Below are positions 13,529-25,215 of a stretch of DNA of 64,000 nt, in pieces (positions within the stretch are counted from its first letter, which is position 1; each line of letters opens with the position of its first letter). Below the pieces are notes generated by a model, which was not told the origin of the DNA, made no database searches, and saw nothing but the letters and a program-made list of their open reading frames with translations. The stretch is from assembly GCA_026026165.1 (NCBI GenBank), contig JAPEUD010000012.1, forward strand, positions 124,001 to 188,000, given 5' to 3'. Origin of the DNA: Sarea resinae (Eukaryota). A program made the position numbers and the translations under genes.

Positions 13529-14084
13529 CGTGAAATTCAAGCTACTGTTGCAGCCGAAAATGAATTGAAGTGGAAGATTTGCAAGAGATAAGATATGCTC
13601 AACATTCCAGAAAGTGGCGATAACGTCACGATATCGAGATCCGGTTCACCTTGGCGGTTATCCTCCCGCCTCTGACTTTCTGGGGTGCATGCTTCGTGGT
13701 ACATCATATCCATGTTCATGATGTTCCCCGCCGTCGAGAATGCTGTGTCGGCCGGAAGATCCGCATCCAGTCCCTTGGTACAACCTGGAAGCTGTGTTCC
13801 CGCCGTATTCGCTGGACGCCGCGGACGCGCCCAGCATCAAAACCTTCTTGCTAAAGAGTTCGCAGCATGATTTCATCGGTCGGGTCCTCATTCCATAATG
13901 CGCTTTCCTGCCTCGATTCCTCGCCCCCTTCCGTTCAGGTTCGACCATTGTCGACCGCTTACTTTGTGGTGTCTATCGAGCATAAGCACGCCTCCTATGA
14001 CGCCGTGATCTTCCCGTATGTATCTCGAAATATGGCCTGCGAGCGCCCAGTCTGGTACAGGTCAATGATCGCATCTTTCCACGA

Positions 14085-14484
14085 CTAGGTTCCAGCCTGC
14101 TGTATACCAGCCTTCTTTTTGCCAGCCTTCTTCGCGGGTTTTGCTTTCGCGGGTTTTTTAGAGGCTGTGTTGTCGTCGCGTAACGCGTCCGACTCGTCAG
14201 CCTGGTCGAGCGGCCGTTTCCTCGGTCGGCCGGGATGCTTCTTGGGCGTAGGAGGAGCGGAGCATGCATATTGAACCGCGCGTTGCGTAACTTTGAGGTG
14301 CGCAGCGATTCGGGCGTCAGTCCAGCCGATACCTCGTAAGATTTGGATCCTGATCCGTTGATCTCGATCAAGACGATGATTCTTCTGCGGAGTCGCAGGC
14401 CCGTCTTGCCCAGCTTCGGGAGTCGTAGGTCCATCTTGCAGCTTCGGGATGTTGCTCTTCCTCCGTGATGGGTTCTTCCTCCAT
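14085..14484 (-). pseudogene. Frameshifted small gene: Tc1/mariner-like HTH, AT-hook and Lys-rich tail
   Basis: LDRDQRIRIQILRGIGWTDARIAAHLKVTQRAVQYAC..TPKKHPGRPRKR resembles fungal Tc1-type transposase N-termini. ATG 14484 is out of frame by a 2-nt gap visible between two tandem repeat copies (14391-14420 vs 14421-14448). Confidence 0.55.
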
Positions 14485-15081
14485 GATGGACTCTGCCTCC
14501 GTGATGGATATGATGGTCTAATAATCAAAAGAGTAATGGGTCCCAGAGCGTGTCGATGATCTCCTGAATGACAAAGTGCTGGAGATGAATGACAAGTGTT
14601 TCATTAGGTGCGAGCGGTAAACTCGTGTGCACATCAGCTACTGGCATCACATGTGCTTGTAGCACAAGGACGCGTTTGTCAATGTCGCAACGACAAAGGA
14701 TCCCAGGAGACGTATGCAATGCGTGTCAATTGGTTGAGGAATCTCGAGAACCAAATTCGAATCCGATTACTGCTTGCTTCAATTATCAAACGTGTTCACA
14801 TTACGCATGTTGGGCCACCCAAGTATCACAATGAAGCCAGCCTCCCCTTGGTATGCTCATATATCATCTTTCCATCGCATCCGTCGTCCCGTGCAGACGA
14901 CACCATTCACAGTATAAAGACATTGATGAAATATAGACCTCAAATCAATAGACCTCAAATCAGCTTTATTTGATCATACGACTGGTACAATTCCTAAGGT
15001 CGCCTGAGGTAATAGTTCCTTCAACCCGTTTCTCATGCATGACTGGCAAAGCAAAGCCGCCGAGGTAGAAAAATGAAAAGC

Positions 15082-15936
15082 TTAGAAGACCAACGCAGCA
15101 CCCTTTGTCTTCTTGTCACCACTATCGAACAAATTAGTATAATCCATCAACGGTTTCCAAAGTAGACATACCCCAACTCGAAGTGCTTGCATCTCTTCAG
15201 AGCCAGTTGCGCCTTAGTCTTGCACGCCGTACACTCCAATCTTAGGACGACTTTCTTCGTGGTCTTTGCCTTCTTGTGAAAGACAGGCTTCGTTTGACCA
15301 CCATAACCGGCTTGCTTGCGGTCGTATCTTCGCTTACCCTGAGCGAAGAGGGAGGCCTAGAGAATTGTCAGACAGGAGATGGAATGTCGAAATCGATTGA
15401 TCGCACCTTTCCAGCCTTGTATTGGGTGACCTTGTGCTGGGTGTGCTTCTTGCAGTCTTTGCCCTTGCAATAGGTGCGGCGGGTCTTTGGAACGTTGACC
15501 TGAGACGAAGAGAGTCAGTATCGATACGTGAAGGTATGCTTGCAGATCCAGCGCCTGTGGAACGTCGATTTGAGGCATGAGGCAGAGTTCGGCGAGGCTC
15601 GTCGATCTATCCTTGTTCGCATTTGGTTTCATAGCCACATTCTCGCCATCGTCTTGCCGCATGCCATCCCAAGAGACTCTTTCAGCACACCACCCAGAGC
15701 ACATTCGTGACCGGACATTCCCCTTCTCCTTCTTGTTCAGGATCGAACCGTAGATGTTGATGTCGGCCATGCTGAGATCCTCGAATGGCTCCCGCTCTGT
15801 CATGTCGAAGTTGCAGCGTCTCCATCCCGTTCGGTCGCATCATCCACAGCATCAAACACGCAGTCGGCGGCGGCATTGTCGGGTCTTAGATCCACCTAGA
15901 TCTGCAGCAAGAAACGAGAATGAAATGGCTTACCAT
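15082..15936 (-). CDS. RPL42: 60S ribosomal protein eL42 (L36a/L44), 4 exons
   Basis: [74 protein letters not shown]...[16 protein letters not shown]. Introns 15500-15933, 15357-15406, about 15122-15171. Confidence 0.97.
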
Positions 15937-16059
15937 CTTGACTGTCGGGCGGAGGTCGAAGGTCACAAAGGTTGTTGTTGAATGTTGTCGCTGGCGTCGA
16001 TGATGAATTGAAGTCCCAATTCGATTTGTGCGCACTGCCAATCTCTCGCTTCTCGCTTG

Positions 16060-16124
16060 AGCCCTACTTGCCGTCGTCTGTCGTAGGCGCTAACCCCTTT
16101 TCGGAAAGACAACCTAGTCACGTG
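16060..16124. promoter_or_regulatory. Candidate RPL42 promoter elements AGCCCTA (16060-16066) and GTCACGTG (16117-16124)
   Basis: 120-190 bp upstream of the ATG. AGCCCTA also precedes RPL30 and RPL10; GTCACGTG matches the Cbf1-type bHLH site. Confidence 0.45.
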
Positions 16125-16399
16125 CACCTCGCATCTCGCCGAAGTACTTCGTACCTCTCTGCTTTCCGAACTCTTAGTAAGCTGGCCGAAGAATCCCGAT
16201 GAACTGCCGGGCGTTGACGGACCTTCAACATCATTGAATAGCATGGATATGCATCAAACTTTCAGCTCAGTCACGAGTATCAGGCAGACATAGCTGTGAA
16301 TACGATCAGCCATTTTCGGAGGAGCAGCAATTCACTCCCATTCAACCGAGATCCAGTGAAGTTTCCATGATATTGTTGAATACACCCAGGCTTTAAAGA

Positions 16400-17600
16400 T
16401 CCGTCACTAATGTCCTGAAATTAGAAAGGGATCTATCTGTAAGGTCCAGTAAAACAGGCAAACTTGTTCCTACGTGCGCCAAAAAGACTGCTATAGCCCG
16501 GCTCATCCGGGCTATGCCTATTTGTCTACTATATAGCAGCGCACCTCAAACTATCTCTTCTGAAGTCCCTGGTTATGAATCATCTAACATGAGGCTAGGA
16601 TTAATAGCTAGCTTTTTAATGCTCCTCTAGAAGGACAATTATAGACTGTCTGTCCTCTCCTATACAATGGCTGATCAAAGGGTTTTGATTAATACACTTA
16701 ATAATATCTCCTACATATTACTACTAGTAAGCTGACTACAGGATAGGAAACATCTTAAGCAGGTTGCTTTACAAACGTCTGAATAGTGCATTAAGTTCGA
16801 GGAGAAAGGCTTGCTAAATACTAAAGGGTGAACGCCTTACAAGGAGAAATATTCAGATGACCTTAAGTACAATAAACTTCTGCCTAAAGAAATTTATTAA
16901 TTCAAAAAGTTTAATGCCGTTTGGCAGGATCTTATATAGTTCTCTAGGTATGTTAAGGCGCGCTAGCGTTTGCCAGCTTATTTGACTTACATTAAAGAGC
17001 TAGTAACTAGGGTTCAATTATGCAGCAGAGCGCTAAGAAAACTTATAAGAATGACAAACTAGAGCTAAATAGAGCCGTCGAGACAAACGGTCCGATTATA
17101 ATGATGCCCTCAGCAAAGCGCAAGGCAGCAATTCAAGGGATACGACTAAACATAGATGTCTGTCCAGCAGAATTTGATCGATGTGGCGCTGTCTAGGCAT
17201 TGCGGGTTAGAAGTGCTGAATCTCAATCATCGAAACAGGTCTAAAGACACAGAGGCCTTGCCTTGGCTGGAGGTCCGTCGCCGCTTATTCAGAAGAAAAT
17301 CAATTCTTAACAGTACAATCGGTAAACACGGACGCGACATGGGTAGCGGTGGTGCCAATGATCTACTTACCACCTGCTTTTCGCTCAATGAAAGACAGGC
17401 TGCCAGACATCATGCTACGACATACAAAGGTCCTACCACATCTCCTGCAGTTTGTAATACTAACACAGATACTTAGAGAAGCATTAGACAGGATCAGACA
17501 TCTCGCCAAGCATAGAAACGGCGGCGATTACATCGTCCCAGGATCTACTATAAGCCTTCCTAAATTCTGTCCTGTGTCCCGTGTTTGTTAAAGGGGAAGC
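16400..17600 (+). pseudogene. Decayed, TpA-rich gene relic, possibly NACHT/NLR-like
   Basis: AT- and TpA-rich, many TAA/TAG stops, intron-like GTATGT at 16948, and RRKSILNSTIGKH at 17291-17329 resembling a mutated Walker A (GxGKS). Confidence 0.3.
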
Positions 17601-19875
17601 GGTGAGTCGGTGACAGTAAAAGAACGTTCACAAATTCGATCTAAAAATCACCTATGAGAGATCAGACGTGCTATACGCGCCTCTAAAGTTCCTTTGAGCT
17701 ACGAAACAGTGGATTCGCAGCCTTTGATCGCAGATCTTGGTCCTCGTGGGGCCAGAAGGGACTGAGTATGAGTACGCACCAGGATAGATCCTCTGAGGCT
17801 AGAGCAAATGCACCCTACAGACAATAACTCCTGCGTGATTCTTTCTTGATTACAGTTAATAACCTTTTGGAATTTTCAAATTTAGCCTGCTTCCTTTTTT
17901 CAGAATGCTCATTTTATGCACTAATAGATAGGGTATAATCGCATATTCAGTGCTAGGAGAAGCCTAGCAACTTACTGACGAGAAGAAACTACCTCCTAAC
18001 AATTTGGTATCGACGGCGTGATTCCGCCTCGTATTGCCTTCAGTTATTCGGCTTTCCGGTGACTAGTCTATCCCTGCGAGCTTTTGCTTCCTGCAGTGCT
18101 TCATGCTCCTAAGACGAGCTTCCCGTTGTTTGGCGTCTGTTTAACGCGTCGAACGACTCAGCGTCGAGCCCGTGCGCTCGAACTGATCCGTCTTCACGAC
18201 TTCGATTTTACATCTTCGCGTCTCTCCTTCCTCGGTGACATCGTAGCATCGATTAGTACTGGCTAAAGCCCACGACATTGAGGCTGACGAGAAGATCTCC
18301 CACCCTAAAGGGAAGAAAAATGACTCGCGAGGCAACAACTAATCAAAAAACAATACAAGCAACTCCACAAAAGGCAAAGATGACAGCCGTTCCAGCATCG
18401 ATAAGAGAAATAAGTGTGACCACTGCGAAGAAGGGCCACAGGCCTGCCTCTTTCTCTCATCGTACTAACCCTCAAGTGACAGTTTGCTCTGCACCTGAAG
18501 CCAGCAATGCAGCACCATATATAACAAAGGCTTGTTAAATATGTCTTATACTGCGCTGTTTTGAAGGGCTATATGAAGTATGCTGCGTCAGGCTAAAAGC
18601 GATAAGAAAACCAGCATGGAGGGCGATGAAAAGTCGAGGAAAAATCTCATTCCGAAATGTCTCAGCAATGGACTGCGATGAATCATTCAGAAGATCAGGT
18701 ATTAAGGACGTGCAAGCGGACAGCCAGCTGCGAGACAAAGATATCCATTTAGAACCTAATGATATTGGGACTACAGAAGTATTCTTGAAGAATCGTCATT
18801 TCCAATATCAGTGCTCAAGTATACTCGCGCTCGGCTTGTGGTGGGAATTCAGAAAGCATTAGTGTGTTTTCTTTCCTCGACTACGGCAGTTATCGCCGCG
18901 TATCCTTTGGGTTTGCAGCTTCTGTGAATGGTCAAATACAGCTATATGAGCCTTATTTAAAGATGTGCACATCTTCATTCAGGCCTACCTATATAGACGA
19001 GAAAGCAGAGAATCAAGCTGACAGGCTGTTTTAGAGAACAATATAAAGAGCCAGAGAGCTCTATGGAATCCGTGTTCCCGTCGTTGCTGCCCCCTCCGCC
19101 CTCTCTGCCCCCTCCCGCCTCCTCCTTTAGCTCGCGAGCCCTTGCCCTCCCCGACCCTGTCGCCAGAAAATTTTGAGTGCGAAGGGGCAGGAGGTGCGAC
19201 GTGCTTGCGCCCCGAGAACTTCTTTTGGATTGAAGCGCTCTTTCTCCTCTTGGAACTTTGGTTTATCTCGGGACTGCATCTCCTTCCCCCGCTGGCCCCA
19301 CTAGCCCCTATGTGCCTCTGTCTGGTCAAGGCTGGGACAATCCAGTTTCTATACAATACGTGTCTTCACTTGACTTGTTTTCTCCGACTACGACCGCCTA
19401 GGTCAGCTCGTCCTGGATGGATTTGCGTTCTCGGTTCTCACACCTGCCCAACCCGGCCCAGATTTATATCAACTTGGTACAGACCAATTATGAATCGCGA
19501 CCTACAATCCCCAACGACTTGAGATAATGACAGCAAGTCAGCTAGGATAGTCTCGGTAAAGCATACCGGGTGTTCCTCTCCTCGAACTCTCGTTGGTACT
19601 AAACCTGAAAAGGTTCCAAATACATACCACGAAAACAACACCAAGCCCGAAAGGCTTCATAAATCAGATGGATCGATCAAGCAAATACCTTATTATTATT
19701 TGCCCGTCTCCTTGCTTACATGAAAAGTATATCATGCTTCTCTTCTCTTTCCTCTTCTCTCGTTGGAGGCACTCATTTACTTGTCTCGCGCATTGTTTAA
19801 CGGCCACTTTATCTTCTCGAACAGTTAATATACTATACCCAACTTTTGACCAAGAGTCCTTCGAATAGAACCATC

Positions 19876-21482
19876 ATGTCATGGGCTACAAGCATGGTGT
19901 GGTTTGCGCGCCTTGTTGCACAACAAGTAAGTCTTCGTGGCTGTCGCGGTGCCGTAGAACTTGCTGACGTATCCATCTACCTAGATTGAACACGATGGCG
20001 ACCTGTTGAATCTCGCGCTCACATCAAAAGCGAACTACAAGGAGCTTCGAAGCGTGTTGCTCAGCAAGGTGGACTGCCACTTTGGGACCGAGCGTAGAGA
20101 CGGCCGGCCGCCTCGTCAGCGACTACTCGGGAGCTCAAAGCTCGCGGCCTGCGTACTCGAGGATGCCAGGCTTGTCCGGAGCCTTCGGTTTTCAAGAGCC
20201 TCACCCGTGGCTAATCGGTTTGATGGTTTGGGCGACAGTCCATGGGACCCTGAAGTCGCCGAGGAGATGGGCCGCCTCTACGAGTCCCTCGATTTCTTGG
20301 TGAATCTCCGAGAGCTTGTGTAAGACTCCCCCTATCTTGAGTGGTATCTGTCAAGGAAAGTAAGACTGATGACGGCCTTTCCGCACTGATAGGCTCGAGA
20401 TGGACTGGCGGTTCTTCAGGGCCATGATTGTGGTCTTGATCCCCAGCGAAGTCCTCTGCACGCTAGCTTTCCCGGTCAACCACCCAATAGACCTCCGATT
20501 CATAGGGCTGAAACTCCCGTCATTCCGACTCCTCAAAACGCTGCGAATCACCTCTCTGCCCTGCGAAGAATGCTTCATTTCACGGATGCCTTTGCTTGCG
20601 AAGGGTCTGGCGGGCCTGACATCCTCGCTCAAAGAGCTTTCGATCGAAATCATCGGCGTCAATCGCCCGTATTCCTGGGCCGAAGATGACTTTATTCCCC
20701 CAAGCAAGCCGCACGTCGTCTACATGGAGCTCTTCCCTACCCTCCCGGTCCCCCCACAGCATTTCAGCCTCACGGTTTTGCACCTCAAACACTTCGATCT
20801 CCCAACAGAAGCCTTCGACCCACTCGTGGGCCGCTTTGACGCCAGATCTCTGCGCCATCTTTCGCTGCCCCGCTGCACCTTCGGAGAAGGCTTCTGGGAA
20901 AACCTTGCGCTGGGCGGCGCCAATCTCATCTCCCTCACCAGCATCGACTACTCCGTCCTGCTCGCCAACGGCGGCGACCTCGTCTCCTTCCTCACCACAC
21001 AACGGCAGCTCGAGATATGCGAATTCGTGCGCGACCTCCCCCGCCGTGATGTCGTCGCCGTGGACGAGGGCTGGCTCATCACGCAGCCGAGCATCAGCCC
21101 CAGGGAGCCGCCAATGTCCAGTGGTGTCGCCGTCGAGGGCGTGACAGCGTTCCGGCAGATCGCGTTGCCCGGGCTCCCTGCGTTGAAGGTGGTCGCGTTC
21201 CCCGCCGTCTTCCTGGGCAAGGGCAGTGGCGCCAGTAAGGGAGGCAGGCTGGATGGGAATAACAAGACTAACGGAGGCGGAAGACAGACGAGCAGAGGCA
21301 GAGGCTGGCGCATGGGAAGCGCCACTCTGCCTTCTTCCCCTGCTTGCCCTGTCGGCGGAAACAGACGTGATCAGACGCGTAAGATCACCGCGAATAAAAG
21401 GGCCTTTGCGAAGCGGAAGGAGTTGAGGGTCATTTATTCGCCGGCCACCTTCGACGGCGTCGAAGCAGTAGCTAGTAGCTAG
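19876..21482 (+). CDS. F-box-like / LRR-like hypothetical protein, 3 exons
   Basis: Introns 19927-19984 (GTAAGT..TAG) and 20320-20392 (GTAAGA..TAG) give one frame: MSWATSMVWFARLVAQQ|IEHDGDLLNLALTSK...; repeated LxxLxL units (NLRELVL, LKTLRI, LKELSI, LRHLSL). Confidence 0.65.
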
Positions 21483-23049
21483 AAGGATGGGTAGTTGTCT
21501 GACCTTGAGAGGGGCTTCGATAGCGCGTAAGGATTGATGGATGGATGGGATGGACTGGTTAAATCGTAAATATGACTTTTTGGGTACTAAAACCGTCATC
21601 GTTGGTTGTCGTTTATAGCTCTCATATATGTATGTATAGATGGATGGATGGATAGAAGGATGCTTGGTTATAGTTCTGTGTCTTCTCATTAGCCTAGACA
21701 CGGATTAGGAGTTTTCTTCTTCTTCTGGGCCTTCTCGTCGTCAGGTGTCCCCACCTCTCCGCCTCTCCACCCGCCCTCCTCCCCTGATAGAATAACCTAG
21801 TTGATACGGACTACCTAACCTTATCACCCGTCCATCATATCCACCAATCCGCTATCATCCATACTCGTATCCTCAACTAAATCACTAGCCACACAATGAG
21901 GACCACAGTCTCAAAGGAAAGCCCCTACTCGGTGGAAAACGCAAATTTGAATAAAAAAGGACCCTAACAGAAGTCTCGACGTGATAAGAAGCCCAGCTCG
22001 ATCGAAAGATTCCCATACCGAGATCAGACAGCTTGTGTAGAGAAGTGTTTTGTAACGCACTCTTCTGGCGGAGAGTAGTTCGTAGATGGCGAGCGGATCG
22101 TGATAGGAGATAGAGATACAGGTGTGGATGTTGTGTTTGGCGTTTTGTCCTGTTCTGTGTTTTGGGATAGTACTATTAGGGGGGGGCATGTGGTATGTGC
22201 TCGAGCTGTATGAGCTTAGAGGTTGCTTGATTGATTGTTCAGCGGGATGGTTGATCAGACTGGTGGGTTCGTATAGTAGGCAGTTTGCAGTTTCTGGTTC
22301 ATAATGGCAAGGTGGATGGGTATATATAGAAGATTTATTTTTGTCCGTGACCAGCTGTCTGGGCTCGTCCTGCTGTACCGTGTTAAAGACAGATCTTTGA
22401 TGTGAGAGAAAGGCCAGGCAAGACAAGGTAAGTGAGGTAAGGTAGGATAAGGTGAAGTAAGATAACGTAAGAAGGTAAGGTAATCCGTGCAGTGCCCTAT
22501 CCCGCCCCGTCCTGCCCGAGCAGTGAGCCTTCACCTCACTTGGAGGCATATATACCTATTCAACGAGCAAGTATTCTAACAGAAAGGTCCGTTGGTGTAC
22601 CCCGGTGGAAGTCTTAAATTCGTGGCTAAAATCAATGATTCCGAATCGGGTGTTCGATGATCCGTTCCTGGCTCCTTCATTAGGAGGAGTGATCGTCATA
22701 GCCAACATTAGAAAAATGACATATAGAAATAGAGCAACAACTGAAGCTCTATAACGACAAACAACGACAAACAATAACAACACAAAACAATCAAATAAAT
22801 GTCAGCCTTTCGCATACTGGAGAGATCCATTGAGATAAACCGCGAGGTTTTCGTAGGACTATTCGTAAGGATAGTCTGAGCTTTTTGCTTGATGTTTTCA
22901 TTTTTCTTCGGTATTTAGCTTAGCTGCGCTATGTCTTTTCGGAAGCTTTGATAGGTCTGTAGCTAGATAAGCCAGCTTTTTACCTCGAGCTGGTTGATCG
23001 GGCGGACTGTAGATTGGAACCTGAATTTGGCATTTGAAATCGCGGAACG

Positions 23050-25215
23050 CTACCTTGACCGACGGTCGAGCGTCCGCAATACGTCTTCGCAGACGGAGCC
23101 TAGTTCCGTGACAGTGACATAGATTGCCAGCGCCATCTCGCCTTCCGTCTGTGCCTGACTCTGACTGTGGTACTCCCTCGCATTTGCGTTTCCTGTCTGA
23201 TGTTGTGCTCTTGAAGGCCCCGACCCAGCGTTTCGCGAGCGTTCGGATCCCATGCTAGATGGAGAATGCTGACTCCCTCTATTGACGAAGGTGGGAGAAT
23301 CATTATGGGGAGGAAGAGGATTTTGCTCGCCTATGCCGCGGATTCGGAGTCTATCAGCATGCCAGCGCACCTTCTCGGTCTTCATCTGTTTCCTCAGGGC
23401 CTCGACGCTCTGTCTCTGCTCTTCTTTTTCTTTTCTATATTCGTTCACCCTCTCCCTTTCCTTTCTCCCAAAGGGACCGTGATTCTGACTCCGTCTCCGT
23501 TGCGGGGCCGCGAATTCAATGCCCATCTCGATCCTGTTGTTGGTGTCTGAGCAGGTCGGGATGAGGCCGAACGCTTGCACGAAGAAAGAGTGCGCGTTGT
23601 ACTTTATCACGTCCGTGCTGCTCCAGCGAAGGATGTCCCTGACTCCGTGACGGGTTTGGAGATGTTTTTGATGGGGAGGTGTCGAGAGAGAGGTAGGAGC
23701 GAGGGAGAGAGTGGGGTACGGTGGAAGGGCTGTAGGGGGAAGAGACGCCCAGGTGATGTTGTATCTCATTAGAGCTTCGGCTACAAGGGTGGAGATAGAG
23801 AGCTGGTCGGAGAGGGTGGGCGAGTGCGAAGTATAAGGCGAGCGAGGGGGTGATGATGATGATGATGATGATGATGTCTGCCGCCGTCGTTGACTTCTCG
23901 GGTTGTCGCTACTAGTACTGCTGTATGGCCAATGGCGAAGAAAGTTTCTGTCGTCCTCTGCTTCTGACCATGACCATGACCATGACGACGATGAGCACGA
24001 AAAAGAATCTCTGACGGAGGAGCAGGAAGAGGAGCAGGAGCAGAATGATGTTCTCGAGAAGAAATTCAACAGAGATGGCTGTGCTGAAGGGTAATACCAG
24101 TCTCTCTTTTCATCTTCTCCTGGCCAGTTCGGTGCTTGCGGCGGCTCTCCTGGCTGTCCTGGGTTTTGATGCTGCCGTAGACGAAGACGGGCCCACGAGC
24201 TTCTGAGTCGGTGTCGTTCCGCTAGTAGCGAAGCATGCCATGCGCGCAGGGTCTCTTGGGCTTGTTTAATACGGCGCCATTCTGTTTGTAGGGGTGCTGT
24301 TTCTGCTTCTGAACCTGTTGGTGCTCTTTCTGCTGGTGGATGGGATGTTGAAGGCCGAGAATGGCTCGAGGGCATCGGTCTTTGGTATTTGGTTTGGCGG
24401 GAGAAATGGTGGAATGACGGATTCGCAGGACGCGAATAGGGTCTCGAGTGCATGGTTTGAGCAGAGAAGCGGGTTTGAGTAGAGGAGTCGTGAGCTTCGA
24501 AAGGGTCCCCTTGGACCTGTTGGGCATTTAAAGGAAATGACTGGGAATTGATTGACGCCCTCACGGGAGCCGTATCAGATGATTGAGCTCCAAAGGAGTT
24601 TGCAGAGACTGTCGAGGCTCCGGCTCCCCTTCTCCCACGGTAGCCCCATCCTGCATCATCGTCTGTAAAGTTAGAGTGTTTTGAGGCTGCAACATTCGGT
24701 CTTCCATCACCCGGTGCCCACACGCTTTCGAATCGACCTCGGAAAGATGCATGAGCGCATCCTGATTCAACAATGCTCGCTTCCGGGGAATCGTCACGCC
24801 ACTTGGGAAAAGCGTAATCTCGACGATTGTTCTCAGCGTATGAGCTTAGGCTTAGAGGAGCATCATTTAGATCGAAGGGACAGCCATAGCGGTATGGTGG
24901 ATCAGCCCTAGCATGATAGTCCGGACTTTTATACTCTTCTTGCTCATATGAAGCGTTCCATGGGCGACTACGCCTCACTGGGTGATGCTGATTCTCTGGT
25001 TTGCTGAACGAAAAACGACGCTTGCGGTACTGACGCGGCTGCGGCAAATCTCTTGGGAACGTGCTTCTGCGCTCATCATGCCCAGGAGAAAAGAGATAAT
25101 GTCTTCCATTCTGAAACCTTCGGTTCCTAACTAGGGCATCTTTGGGGCCACTATTGCTGTGTGCATACTCCGCCCTTGGCGGAAAAAGCGGACGGGGTTC
25201 GAAATATCCGTCCAT
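23050..25215 (-). CDS. Low-complexity hypothetical protein (ORF open to 25569; likely ATG 25215)
   Basis: Over 2 kb stop-free ORF, Ser/Arg/Pro-rich, short coiled coil, C-terminal LRKQMKTEKVRWHADRL; in-frame (TCA)n poly-Ser. Confidence 0.65.
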   Translation of the reverse strand: MDGYFEPRPLFPPRAEYAHSNSGPKDALVRNRRFQNGRHYLFSPGHDERRSTFPRDLPQPRQYRKRRFSFSKPENQHHPVRRSRPWNASYEQEEYKSPDYHARADPPYRYGCPFDLNDAPLSLSSYAENNRRDYAFPKWRDDSPEASIVESGCAHASFRGRFESVWAPGDGRPNVAASKHSNFTDDDAGWGYRGRRGAGASTVSANSFGAQSSDTAPVRASINSQSFPLNAQQVQGDPFEAHDSSTQTRFSAQTMHSRPYSRPANPSFHHFSRQTKYQRPMPSSHSRPSTSHPPAERAPTGSEAETAPLQTEWRRIKQAQETLRAWHASLLAERHRLRSSWARLRLRQHQNPGQPGEPPQAPNWPGEDEKRDWYYPSAQPSLLNFFSRTSFCSCSSSCSSVRDSFSCSSSSWSWSWSEAEDDRNFLRHWPYSSTSSDNPRSQRRRQTSSSSSSSSPPRSPYTSHSPTLSDQLSISTLVAEALMRYNITWASLPPTALPPYPTLSLAPTSLSTPPHQKHLQTRHGVRDILRWSSTDVIKYNAHSFFVQAFGLIPTCSDTNNRIEMGIEFAAPQRRRSQNHGPFGRKERERVNEYRKEKEEQRQSVEALRKQMKTEKVRWHADRLRIRGIGEQNPLPPHNDSPTFVNRGSQHSPSSMGSERSRNAGSGPSRAQHQTGNANAREYHSQSQAQTEGEMALAIYVTVTELGSVCEDVLRTLDRRSR

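Noticed and set aside
18410..18460. KCDHCEEGPQAC as a Zn2Cys6 remnant
   Set aside because: Only three cysteines, no basic residues, no supporting gene model.
18985..19356. 123-aa basic Gly/Arg-rich ORF
   Set aside because: Non-ATG start, low complexity, no recognisable domain or splice support.
20580..21701. 373-aa minus-strand ORF
   Set aside because: Antisense to the F-box/LRR-like gene and starts in simple-repeat sequence.
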